Notes: a model not told the origin generated them from the sequence alone. A stretch of DNA of 64,000 bases from a bacterium (GCA_043815505.1 JBDRIV010000004.1:113671-177670), one strand, 5' to 3'; shown: positions 33,815 through 42,347, counted from the stretch's first letter. Numbers and translations are program-made.

Positions 33815-34534
33815 ATGGAAGAAAATAGTACTAAAAATTTAATTTCAGTTATTGTCCCGGTTTTTAATAGTGGCTGGATTATTACTGATTGTCTGAATAG
33901 TTTGCTTAATCAAACTTACAAGAACTGGGAAATTATTGTGGTTAATGACGGCTCAACTGATAATTCGGTTGAGATTCTAAACACTTTTTCCGATCGCGTG
34001 AAAATTATCAATCAGAAAAATAGTGGTGCCAATTCAGCACGTAACCGAGGTTTGAAGGAAGCACGAGGAGATTTTTTACTTTTTAGTGATTCTGATATTA
34101 TTTGGCAAACAGATGCTTTAGAAAAACTTTTTTCAGCTTTAGAAAATAATCCTGATAAATCTTATGCTTATTCATCTTTTAAATTTGGTTGTAAAAGATT
34201 TAAATTATGGAAATTTGATGCTAACAAATTAAAAACGGTAAATTATATTCACTCTTCATCTTTGGTCAGACGAGAACATTTTCCAGGCTGGGACGAAAGC
34301 ATAAAACGATTACAAGATTGGGATGTGTGGCTAACAATGCTTGAACAAAACTATACAGGTATTTGGGTGCCAGAAATTTTGTTTGTTTCAAAAACAAAAA
34401 ATAACAGTATAAGTTCTTGGTTACCATCCTTTTTCTACAAAATTCCTTTTGCAAAATTAGGTTTAAAAAATCCTCAAAAAATTGCAGATTATAAAAAAGC
34501 TGAACAAATTGTAAAAGCGAAACATAATTTATGA
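33815..34534 (+). CDS. GT2 family glycosyltransferase; probable start 33815
   Basis: VIVPVFN, VNDGSTD, ARN.G, DSD. Confidence 0.9.
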   Translation: MEENSTKNLISVIVPVFNSGWIITDCLNSLLNQTYKNWEIIVVNDGSTDNSVEILNTFSDRVKIINQKNSGANSARNRGLKEARGDFLLFSDSDIIWQTDALEKLFSALENNPDKSYAYSSFKFGCKRFKLWKFDANKLKTVNYIHSSSLVRREHFPGWDESIKRLQDWDVWLTMLEQNYTGIWVPEILFVSKTKNNSISSWLPSFFYKIPFAKLGLKNPQKIADYKKAEQIVKAKHNL

Positions 34535-35502
34535 GCGATAAACTTCTAGACATCGTAATAATAACTTATAACTCACAAAGTGATATTTCTAATCTATTGG
34601 ATTCTTTGCGCTTACAAACTTGGCGTGATTTTTCTATTACCGTAATTGATAATTTTTCCCAAGATAAAACTCGTGGGATCATAAAAAAGAACTATCCGGA
34701 AGTTACACTTATTAAAAACAATGAAAATAATTATTTTTCTCCAGCTTGTAATCAGGGTTTGAAAAATACTTCCGCGCAATATGTTTTATATTGCAATCCT
34801 GACATGGTAATTGATAAAAATGCTTTGCAAGAATTTTACAATTATTTTAAAACTCATCCTAAATTTGGATCACTTGGTGGCAAGATATATCAATTATCAA
34901 TGTGTAAAAACAAAACTGAAATGCTTGATTCAGCTAGTATTAAAATACTTTCCAGTCTACAAGCCATAGATCGCGGATATAATGAAAAAGATTCTGGGCA
35001 ATTTGAAAATGTGGAACAGGTATTTGGTCACTCTGGTGCTTTTGTGTTGTATAATCGTAAAGCTTTAAATGATATTGCCATTAACGGAGAAGTTTTTGAC
35101 AACGACTTCAAAATGTACAAAGAAGATGTTGATGTTGCCTATCGTTTAAATCTACGTGGTTGGAAAAATTTCTATTTGCCGCGCGTTTTTGCTTGGCATT
35201 GTCGTTCTATAAATGCCAAACAAAATAGAAAAAGTCGTTCCGTTTTAATTAGGCGCTTGAGTTATACCAATCATATTCTCACAATTTTCAAAAATATTCC
35301 TTGTGGAATTTTTATGAAACATTTTTTGCCCTTTTTTTGGTACGAAATAAAAAAGAAGGTTTATATTCTTATTTTAGATTGGCCAGTTGTGCCGGCTTTA
35401 TTTGCCATAGTTCCTGGATTTTTCCGTATGATAAAAAAACGCCGCCAAATGCCGCGCCGTGTAATTAATAATTCAGATTTAGAAAAGATTATTTTCGGAT
35501 AG
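34531..35502 (+). CDS. GT2 family glycosyltransferase (WbbL-like)
   Basis: IDNFSQD, CNQG, NPD, MYKEDVD. Confidence 0.9.
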   Translation: MSDKLLDIVIITYNSQSDISNLLDSLRLQTWRDFSITVIDNFSQDKTRGIIKKNYPEVTLIKNNENNYFSPACNQGLKNTSAQYVLYCNPDMVIDKNALQEFYNYFKTHPKFGSLGGKIYQLSMCKNKTEMLDSASIKILSSLQAIDRGYNEKDSGQFENVEQVFGHSGAFVLYNRKALNDIAINGEVFDNDFKMYKEDVDVAYRLNLRGWKNFYLPRVFAWHCRSINAKQNRKSRSVLIRRLSYTNHILTIFKNIPCGIFMKHFLPFFWYEIKKKVYILILDWPVVPALFAIVPGFFRMIKKRRQMPRRVINNSDLEKIIFG

Positions 35503-35559
35503 TAATTTAGCATTACTATTTTCCATAGCGGAAACGATTTGAAAATATATTTAATTTAA

Positions 35560-35621
35560 ACATTCTGACATTCTTGAGAATGTTGGAATGTTTTATTCTG
35601 GTGTTCTTAAGAATTTAAGAA
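35560..35621. repeat. palindrome pair (ACATTC..ACATTCT/AGAATGTTGGAATGT and ATTCT..TTCTTAAGAA..AGAAT)
   Basis: Near-identical copies at 61328-61409; lies between convergent genes. Confidence 0.7.
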
Positions 35622-35653
35622 TAGACGTAGCAATTTTATAGTTTACAATTTGA

Positions 35654-36361
35654 TTATTTTCGGATAGTTGCAAAACTTAAATTTTTAGGACATTTTGTCA
35701 GGCACCTACTGCCTTTTTTTGTGACCAAATAATCATCTTCTATTCTCACTCCACCAAAATCCTTAATGTAAATACCCGGTTCAATGGTAATTACATCTCC
35801 AACTTTTAAACGTTCAAACTTTTTAGCTTTGCGGGATAGAAAAGGACGTTCGTGAATTTGTCTTCCTACTCCGTGTCCGAGACCATGATTAAAATATTCT
35901 AAATAGTTTTTCTTTTTCAAATTAGCGCAAGCGATTTCATAAAGTTTTTTTGCTCCCCGACCAGATTTTATTTCCCCCGCTGCCAGCTTTTGCGTTTGTA
36001 AAACTAGATTATAAATTTCTTTTTGTTTTTTTGTAGGATTTCCCATAATAAAAGTTCTGGTAATATCTGAGTGCCAGCCAAAATATTTCGCACCAAAATC
36101 TATAAACACCACATCCCCTTTTTTTAATTTTGTTGAATTTGGTTTATGATGAGGATTAATTCCGTTTTTTCCGGTAGCTACTAAAATTGGAAAAGCTAAA
36201 TCATCGGTTCCCCTTTTTAAAATTTCTGCTCTAATAAAATGAGCGATTTCTATTTCTGTTCTTCCTACTCGCAAGAACTTTCTAACTAACAACATAACCT
36301 GATCAGAAATTTGACAACCTTTAGTGATATAAAAATATTTTTTCTTTAACTTCTTTGTCAT
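35654..36361 (-). CDS. M24 Xaa-Pro peptidase (catalytic domain only)
   Basis: DFG, SDITRT, HGLGHGVG.QIHE.P, TIEPGIY, GVRIEDD. Confidence 0.92.
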   Translation of the reverse strand: MTKKLKKKYFYITKGCQISDQVMLLVRKFLRVGRTEIEIAHFIRAEILKRGTDDLAFPILVATGKNGINPHHKPNSTKLKKGDVVFIDFGAKYFGWHSDITRTFIMGNPTKKQKEIYNLVLQTQKLAAGEIKSGRGAKKLYEIACANLKKKNYLEYFNHGLGHGVGRQIHERPFLSRKAKKFERLKVGDVITIEPGIYIKDFGGVRIEDDYLVTKKGSRCLTKCPKNLSFATIRK

Positions 36362-36462
36362 AAATCTATTTTAGCATGAATAAAAAATATTGACTTCAAA
36401 ATAAAAACCAACTATCATTGTATCAGATATTTTTCGACTCTTTTCTAACAAATAGGTGAATC

Positions 36463-36618
36463 ATGAAAATTGCACTAAAAATGTTCGAGACGAATGGATT
36501 GACTGAATTGGCCGTGCAACGTCTGCATGAACTTAATCCAAACCAAACAAATGAAGAGGAAATAAACTTTTCTCACCATGCACCTCCCACAGAACAAAAC
36601 AATTCACCTGCAAAATAA
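36463..36618 (+). CDS. 51-aa hypothetical protein
   Basis: AGGTG SD, TTGACT..TATCAT promoter, GGGG/CCCC terminator downstream. Confidence 0.5.
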   Translation: MKIALKMFETNGLTELAVQRLHELNPNQTNEEEINFSHHAPPTEQNNSPAK

Positions 36619-36691
36619 AATAATCAATGATCTTTTTTCTCCTGGGGACTCAACGTTCCCCTCTTTTTTTGCTTTATGATACACTTGTTAT

Positions 36692-37162
36692 ATGAAAATA
36701 TTAGCGAAAAATCGCAGAGCAAAATTTGATTACCACCTGAAAGAATTTTTTGAAGCAGGTATTGTTTTGACTGGTCAAGAAACAAAATCAACCAAAGGTG
36801 GAAATATTAGCTTGAAAGGAAGTTACGTGACTTTGCATCCGGTTAAAGGTAAGCCCGGCTATATGGAAGCCTTTCTCTTAAATGCTCATATTTCCCCTTA
36901 TAAACACGCGGGGGAATTACCGGATTATGACCCGGTGCGCACCAGAAAATTACTGTTGAAAAAAGCAGAAATTAGAAAATTGATCGGTAAAAAGCAGGCA
37001 GAAGGCTTGACAATAGTACCTACAAAAGTGTATACTAAGCGACGCAAAATTAAAGTTGAAATCGCCCTTGCCCGCGGTAAGAAACAATATGACAAGCGCG
37101 AAGGAATTAAGCAACGCCAAGATGATCGCGCCGCCGAACGCGAATTGCGGGGAAAGATATAA
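36692..37162 (+). CDS. smpB: SsrA-binding protein
   Basis: NRRAKFDY, EAGIVLTGQE.KS, RKLLL, ARGKKQYDKR. Confidence 0.97.
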   Translation: MKILAKNRRAKFDYHLKEFFEAGIVLTGQETKSTKGGNISLKGSYVTLHPVKGKPGYMEAFLLNAHISPYKHAGELPDYDPVRTRKLLLKKAEIRKLIGKKQAEGLTIVPTKVYTKRRKIKVEIALARGKKQYDKREGIKQRQDDRAAERELRGKI

Positions 37163-37163
37163 T

Positions 37164-37628
37164 ATGTATAAAAAAGAAGATTTTTTTCAAGTTATAGGCC
37201 ATGTAAGTGTTTTTTTCTCAACATTAGATGTTTTAACCTCAATTCTAATTAGTGAATTAGTTAAGAAATCAGTAGCCAACAAACCAAAATATGATGATAC
37301 TTTAGGTATAAAATTCCGTTTTTTGAAAGGTTTAAATAATGAAGATGTAAATAGTGTTAAAACTTTAAAAAAGTTAAACGGGTTAATTGATGAAGCAATT
37401 AAGATAAGCGATGAAAGAAATAGATATATTCACGACCTATGGGTATTTGATGATAAAAATATAAGAAAAGGATATATTGATCGGTTGCGCATGAAAGGAA
37501 CCAATAAAATAGGATTTGAAAAAGAAGTTTCAACGCTATCAATTAATGATTTATACGTGTTTCTGAAAGGAATTGGTAATATGCAAGAATCGATTGGTAA
37601 GATGATAAAGAATAAGGGTAATATATAA
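37164..37628 (+). CDS. low-GC hypothetical protein; probable start 37164
   Basis: ATG immediately after smpB stop; RNRYIH motif (RxxxxH, possibly HEPN-like). Confidence 0.65.
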   Translation: MYKKEDFFQVIGHVSVFFSTLDVLTSILISELVKKSVANKPKYDDTLGIKFRFLKGLNNEDVNSVKTLKKLNGLIDEAIKISDERNRYIHDLWVFDDKNIRKGYIDRLRMKGTNKIGFEKEVSTLSINDLYVFLKGIGNMQESIGKMIKNKGNI

Positions 37629-37645
37629 TATTTTTAGTAAGTAGT

Positions 37646-37884
37646 ATGGTTAAACCGACACTTAAAACTTCATATAAGGATTTAGTATTATGGATTAATG
37701 GTAGTAATGGTTCATCTTTTCCCCACAGTATGATAAAGCAAAAGCTGTTTTAGATGCTAAAATAGCAATTCAACAAACTGAACAAACTAAACAATTAAAA
37801 TTTGCAACTTGGATACTTGCTTTTGCAATAATTGGACTTCTAATCGCAAATATTGTATTAATAATAGTAACTTTGTGCCATTAG
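37646..37884 (+). pseudogene. small C-terminal TM protein split by a -1 frameshift near 37716-37724
   Basis: Frame 0 MVKPTLK...GSSF; -1 frame SPQYDKAKAVLDAK...WILAFAIIGLLIANIVLIIVTLCH* with no start codon at its 5' end. Confidence 0.45.
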
Positions 37885-37912
37885 CTATATGCTATTGGCC
37901 ATAGGCCAATAC

Positions 37913-38308
37913 GGGGATGCACGGCTTCGATAGTTTTGTTCCCTAAGAATTTGCAAACCGAGCTGTTATCTCGTAAATCTAACACCTGAACACGTGCAAA
38001 CACTGTTCAAAGAATGAAAGACAAAGTTGTTAGCTTTGCTCGCAGCCTTACGCCTTCATTCGCTCCTGTAGTTGCTTAATTAAGTAACTACCATCGCACT
38101 CACCTGCCTGAGGGGGAGGTTCGCGGTGTCATTTATCAGGCTTAGATTCTAAATGCTAATCATCCATTTATAATCGACATCTCTTGATGATTATGATTTA
38201 TTCGCTTTTGTCTATTTTTATGAATAAATCGAGAACTCCAAATAGACTATGTTTGTAGAAGGTTTTTAGATACGATGCTAGACGTGGGTTCGATTCCCAC
38301 CATCTCCA
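37913..38308 (+). ncRNA. ssrA: tmRNA
   Basis: 5' GGGGATG pairs with 3' CATCTCC+A; T-arm GTGGGTTCGATTCCCAC; tag ORF 37996-38079 ANTVQRMKDKVVSFARSLTPSFAPVVA*; near smpB. Confidence 0.95.
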
Positions 38309-38517
38309 TAAAAGAATCCCTTAAGAAAGGGATTTTTTTATTAACTACAATTCAAACGAGGCGCGCAGTGAACGAAGTGAACGAGCACGCGTTTGAATTA
38401 AGAGGAAGAATAATATGCAAGCTGTAGCAAATAAATTTATTTGTTTGCGAAAGCTGGAGAATTATTCTGACGAGAGGCCGGACCAAAAAAGATTTACGTC
38501 AGTAAATCTATTTTTGG

Positions 38518-38538
38518 CGATTCCCACCATCTCCACCA
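38518..38538 (+). repeat. 18-bp duplicate of tmRNA 3' end plus CCA (att-like)
   Basis: cgattcccaccatctcca at 38291-38308 and 38518-38535. Confidence 0.85.
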
Positions 38539-38643
38539 AAAATATTCATGCTTTTGTATGGATTTTTTTGATTGAGATGCATGAACATTTATTCTTTAAG
38601 GATTTGCTTTAATAAATATAATAGTATAATTTAATATTAATGT

Positions 38644-38784
38644 GGGGAAACGGCGTGTTCCTACCTAACAAACTCGTTAATGATCTCACCAAATATGTTT
38701 AAATACTGCTTGTTTACCTTCTCTAGGTAAACACCAACTATGTCCCATAACTGTCTCAGAAACAGTTTAACACGCCGTTTCTCC
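38644..38784 (+). ncRNA. candidate structured RNA unit 1
   Basis: 16-bp closing stem, two internal hairpins, TATAAT at 38625. Confidence 0.45.
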
Positions 38785-38795
38785 GTTTCTCTTGA

Positions 38796-38893
38796 CCCAG
38801 CCCCAGTTTTATAGAACTCGTGGTTTTGAAAATTATTAATGCTAATGAATTTCTGAAATTCAAGTACTTGAATTTAGCAAAACTGGAGCTGGG
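38796..38893. repeat. 98-bp CCCAGCYCCAGTTTT-TIR element abutting a TTGACA
   Basis: cccagccccagtttt ... aaaactggagctggg, flanked by ttga/ttga. Confidence 0.75.
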
Positions 38894-38921
38894 TTGACAG
38901 ATTTTACAGTTTAAGTATAAT
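38894..38921 (+). promoter_or_regulatory. sigma70 promoter TTGACA-N16-TATAAT
   Basis: Perfect hexamers. Confidence 0.75.
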
Positions 38922-38960
38922 TTCTAATGCCATCAATCGGCACTTGATCATTTGATAATA

Positions 38961-39450
38961 TGGGGATACGGGGGCGTAGACGAGAGAGTTTGTTTGCATG
39001 TAACTTAGTGGAAATTCGACGAACAGCACCATTGGCGCCCGCACATCGGTTAACGCGGTTTCGCCAGACTTGGTGCTACGTGGTTTATCGCCATCGACGC
39101 AAGACGCGGATTAACTATCCGCGCATCCGCCGGACAGCCCAGCGAGCCTTGCTCGCTGACGTTATCAACATTTTCACGCAGGTGTAGATCTTATTGGAAG
39201 ACCTTCGTCCTCGCAAAATAAAAACGCGACTCTATCGAATGTCTGCTATCAGCACCATAAACACCATGCAATCCAGTATGGCTTTATGGATCGTTGATCC
39301 TTGACTGCATCTAACCTGCGTCTTCGTGCTCTCTCTGATGCGCCTCCGTCCCCTACCCATACCCAACCAGAGGAGAATTTCTACCCCCTTCCCCTCTGCC
39401 CACCGGGGCCACAGCAAATCTTCATCGAGATGCTGTGGTCCCATTTTTTT
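38961..39450 (+). ncRNA. candidate large structured RNA unit 2 (including terminator 39405-39450)
   Basis: GC-rich; 38961-38988 pairs with 39329-39355; many internal stems. Confidence 0.55.
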
Positions 39451-39459
39451 ATTAAATAT

Positions 39460-39487
39460 TTGACAAAATATTTCTTGATATTATACT
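39460..39487 (+). promoter_or_regulatory. sigma70 promoter TTGACA-N16-TATACT
   Basis: Near-consensus hexamers. Confidence 0.7.
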
Positions 39488-39514
39488 AATAAAGCTCTTT
39501 AGATATAAATATGT

Positions 39515-39835
39515 GGTGTGGTGCGGGGTGGCTGATAAGCTGATACGGTTGAGTGCTGTGTAAAAATCGTAATGGATATCCTTATTGGGGTCACGGCTAG
39601 ATTCCCATGATGTCCGAGGAACAGGAGTAAACCTGTACACACGTGCTGTGTCGCAGCATCGCGCAAAGTCAGTTAGTTCTGCATGCGCAGGCCCGCCAAG
39701 ATCAGTACCGAAAGGGAAAAATCGTTGGCCAATAATTCTGGGCACCATCTCGCCGAAATATCGCTTTTTCATCCCCCCGCACCCACCCTTTTTCAAGGCA
39801 GATTTGGACCAAGTCCTTTCTGCCTTTTCTTTTTC
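39515..39835 (+). ncRNA. candidate structured RNA unit 3 (including terminator 39795-39835)
   Basis: 39515-39531 pairs with 39773-39787; AGTA-CC-GAAA-GG-GAA motif. Confidence 0.55.
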
Positions 39836-39840
39836 CTTGA

Positions 39841-39937
39841 CCCAGCAGCACAAGTATCTACACAAATATTAAGTATTTAAATTATTTATACTATTCTATT
39901 ATATCTGAAATAATAAAATGGAATTTGTACTACCGGG
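39841..39937. repeat. TIR element E4, abuts TTGACC upstream of infC
   Basis: cccagcagcacaa ... ttgtactaccggg, 97 bp, flanked by ttga/ttga. Confidence 0.7.
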
Positions 39938-39993
39938 TTGACCAAATGGTCATTTTTTTGTATTTTAAAGGTACTAACTACTAATTTTACATA

Positions 39994-40503
39994 TTGAAAA
40001 AACGTACCCGCATCAACGACCAAATCAGAGTTCCTCGTGTTAAAGTAATCGACGAAAACGGCGAGATGATTGGCGAAATAGAAACATCCGCAGCCCTACA
40101 AATGGCCAAAGAAAAAGAATTGGATTTAATAGAAGTTTCTCCTAATGCCAATCCACCAGTAACAAAGATCTTGGATTTTGGTTCATATCAGTATCGCCAG
40201 AAAAAACAAGAGCGCAAGCATAAAAGTAAACAGAAGAAATTTGAGATAAAAGGTGTCAGAATTTCGATGCGTATTAGTGACAACGATTTCAATTTTAAAG
40301 TGAAACAAGCCAATAATTTTTTAGATCAAGGACATAAAGTTAGAGTTGAATTGATTGTTAAAGGTCGTGAAAATCAGCATATTAATTTGGCTTATGATAA
40401 TATTCAGAAATTTGTTGATGCTTTGGAAGGAGAAGTTGTGATTGAACAAAAAGCTGCTAAACAGCGCTTGGGACTAGCTTGTGTGGTTGCTAGAAAAAGC
40501 TAG
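39994..40503 (+). CDS. infC: translation initiation factor IF-3 (non-ATG start)
   Basis: RINDQIR, LDLIEVSPNANPPV, KVRV.L..KGRE. Confidence 0.96.
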   Translation: MKKRTRINDQIRVPRVKVIDENGEMIGEIETSAALQMAKEKELDLIEVSPNANPPVTKILDFGSYQYRQKKQERKHKSKQKKFEIKGVRISMRISDNDFNFKVKQANNFLDQGHKVRVELIVKGRENQHINLAYDNIQKFVDALEGEVVIEQKAAKQRLGLACVVARKS

Positions 40504-40578
40504 ACTTGCTAAAATTTCAAATATTAGTTAAAATGATTAACGCATAAATTTACGCAATTAACTGCGATTTTTTAATAG

Positions 40579-40685
40579 CTCGGTAGTACAACCGGACTAA
40601 TAAAATAAGTATAATCCTTTCTGATAGTATTATGCTGATTAAATAAGTAAAAAACATTAAATAATCATTAAGTTGTACTACCGGG
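40579..40685 (+). repeat. TIR element E5, abuts rpmI ATG
   Basis: ctcggtagtacaac ... gttgtactaccggg|ATG, 107 bp. Confidence 0.8.
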
Positions 40686-40883
40686 ATGCCCAAACTAAAG
40701 ACTCATAAAGCAACTGCCAAAAGAATCAGATTAACTGCGAAGAAAAAACTGATGCAACGCTATACTCATCAGGATCATTTTAATGCTCGTGATACTGGCA
40801 ATAAAACTCGCAAAAAAAGAAGAGATGTTGTTTCTAGTTCAACCAACGTTAAGAAAATGAAAAAATCTCTTCCCTATCAATAG
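40686..40883 (+). CDS. rpmI: 50S ribosomal protein L35
   Basis: MPKLKTHKATAKR; position between infC and rplT. Confidence 0.93.
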   Translation: MPKLKTHKATAKRIRLTAKKKLMQRYTHQDHFNARDTGNKTRKKRRDVVSSSTNVKKMKKSLPYQ

Positions 40884-40963
40884 AGATTAAAAAGCAAAGA
40901 GTAAAGAGCAAAATACTCGTTTCGTTTCTTTAATCTTTTATCTCTTAATTTTTATTTAATATT

Positions 40964-41317
40964 ATGCCGAGAGTAAAACGCGGAGTACAAGCTTCCAAAA
41001 GAAGAAAAAATGTTTTAAAAAAAGCCAAGGGCTATAGATTAGAACGTCATAAAAAATATCGAGCTGCTAAACAAGCTCGTATTAAAGCCGAATCTTATGC
41101 TACGCGCGATCGCAAAGTTCGTAAACGAGCAGTACGCCAATTGTGGATTGTTCGTCTAAACGCTGCTTGTAGAAAACACGACTTAAAATATTCGGAATTT
41201 ATGTCCCTGCTGAAAAAGAATAAAATTGAATTGGATAGAAAAATATTAGCTGACATTGCTATTAAAGAACCAAAAACATTTAAGGCCATTGTTGATCAGG
41301 TCAAACCGAAGAAATAA
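40964..41317 (+). CDS. rplT: 50S ribosomal protein L20
   Basis: MPRVKRG, RDRK.RKR, LWIVRLNAA, LDRKILA. Confidence 0.97.
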   Translation: MPRVKRGVQASKRRKNVLKKAKGYRLERHKKYRAAKQARIKAESYATRDRKVRKRAVRQLWIVRLNAACRKHDLKYSEFMSLLKKNKIELDRKILADIAIKEPKTFKAIVDQVKPKK

Positions 41318-41336
41318 TAATTTGAGTTAAAAAAAT

Positions 41337-41362
41337 AAGGGCTGCCCGAATGGGTAGCCCTT
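41337..41362. terminator. bidirectional terminator
   Basis: aagggctgccc-gaat-gggtagccctt between convergent genes. Confidence 0.75.
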
Positions 41363-41395
41363 TCTAGTTTGTTGTGTTCGTGTCGTCACCTGTTG

Positions 41396-42049
41396 TTAGG
41401 CGACGGCGGTTTCTTCGACGGTGGGTTCGGCCGGCTTGTCTTCCGACTTGGGGGGAAGCCACGCTTCTTCGACGATCGGCGGACGCATGTCCTCCGGCAT
41501 GTCGAACTCGTTGGTGCCGGGACGCGGGTCGTAGGCGAAGTCGACCCACAAGTAGTTGTTGAACCACTGGAACCAGGCCGATGTCTTGACGCCGATTTTC
41601 ATTCGCACCTGGTAGTCGAAGTGAGTCGGAAACAGCTCCCGCATCTCACCGAAATCAATGGCACGCTGGTAGACCTGTTGTTGCCCCCGCTTGTCGATGT
41701 AAACCAGTCGCACCTGCGACTGGACGATCCTCGAGACGCGCTCGAAGTCGGCGGCCGGTGCCCAGGCGATGGCCTGGTACTTGGCCCGATGTCCTGGGGG
41801 AGCCTCGACGATCCGCATAGGGATCACCTTCTCCAGTTCGGGGCGTGCGAAGAGCCGTTTCTTCTTCAAATCGAAGAAAAAGCCATTGCCGATGGGCTCG
41901 ATGGCTCGACCCGCCAAACGATGGACGTAGCATCCTTCGCGTCGTCCGTTGATGACGACTGTAGTGAAGAAAAACTCACTGTCGCCGATCTTGGCAACAG
42001 TACCGACCGTATTGATCGGCTTGGACTGACTCTGATATTGTCCTCTCAT
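41396..42049 (-). CDS. GC-rich hypothetical protein; start 42049
   Basis: AGGAGG SD; promoter TTGACA-N16-TATAAT at 42152-42179 (minus). Confidence 0.75.
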   Translation of the reverse strand: MRGQYQSQSKPINTVGTVAKIGDSEFFFTTVVINGRREGCYVHRLAGRAIEPIGNGFFFDLKKKRLFARPELEKVIPMRIVEAPPGHRAKYQAIAWAPAADFERVSRIVQSQVRLVYIDKRGQQQVYQRAIDFGEMRELFPTHFDYQVRMKIGVKTSAWFQWFNNYLWVDFAYDPRPGTNEFDMPEDMRPPIVEEAWLPPKSEDKPAEPTVEETAVA

Positions 42050-42241
42050 GGCTTTTCCTCCTTGCCTTAGAGAGATTATATTATGGCGCAAAATTTTACA
42101 TGCGCCACCGAACACAAATTGAAACGAACATCATAACAACAAAAACATTGCATTATACATTATTTGTAATATTTGTCAATATTTAGAGGCTAAAACAAAA
42201 ACTGTCCATTTTTATAGACAGTTTTTTATACCTTATTTAAG

Positions 42242-42339
42242 CCCAGTAGTACAATTTACTTATTGAATTTTATCCTATTTTTTTGAACTTGTGAATAAAG
42301 AAGAAAATATTATTATCTAAGACAATTGTACTATCTGGG
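42242..42339. repeat. TIR element E6
   Basis: cccagtagtacaatt ... aattgtactatctggg, 98 bp, flanked by aag/aag. Confidence 0.75.
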
Positions 42340-42347
42340 AAGCCTTT

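Noticed and set aside
38961-39355. RNase P RNA or group I/II intron identity for unit 2
   Set aside because: No GAGGAAAGUCC/P4 signature, intron core motifs or domain V seen on either strand
39452-39872. ORFs of 137, 95 and 65 aa over unit 3
   Set aside because: No SD or recognisable domain, and they run through promoter, terminator or repeat sequence; a minus-strand MKKRYF start at 39772 is not fully excluded
39991-39996. Non-ATG start of infC as a novelty
   Set aside because: Non-canonical infC starts are well-known autoregulation
41369-42070. 233-aa + strand ORF
   Set aside because: Antisense shadow; promoter and SD support the minus strand
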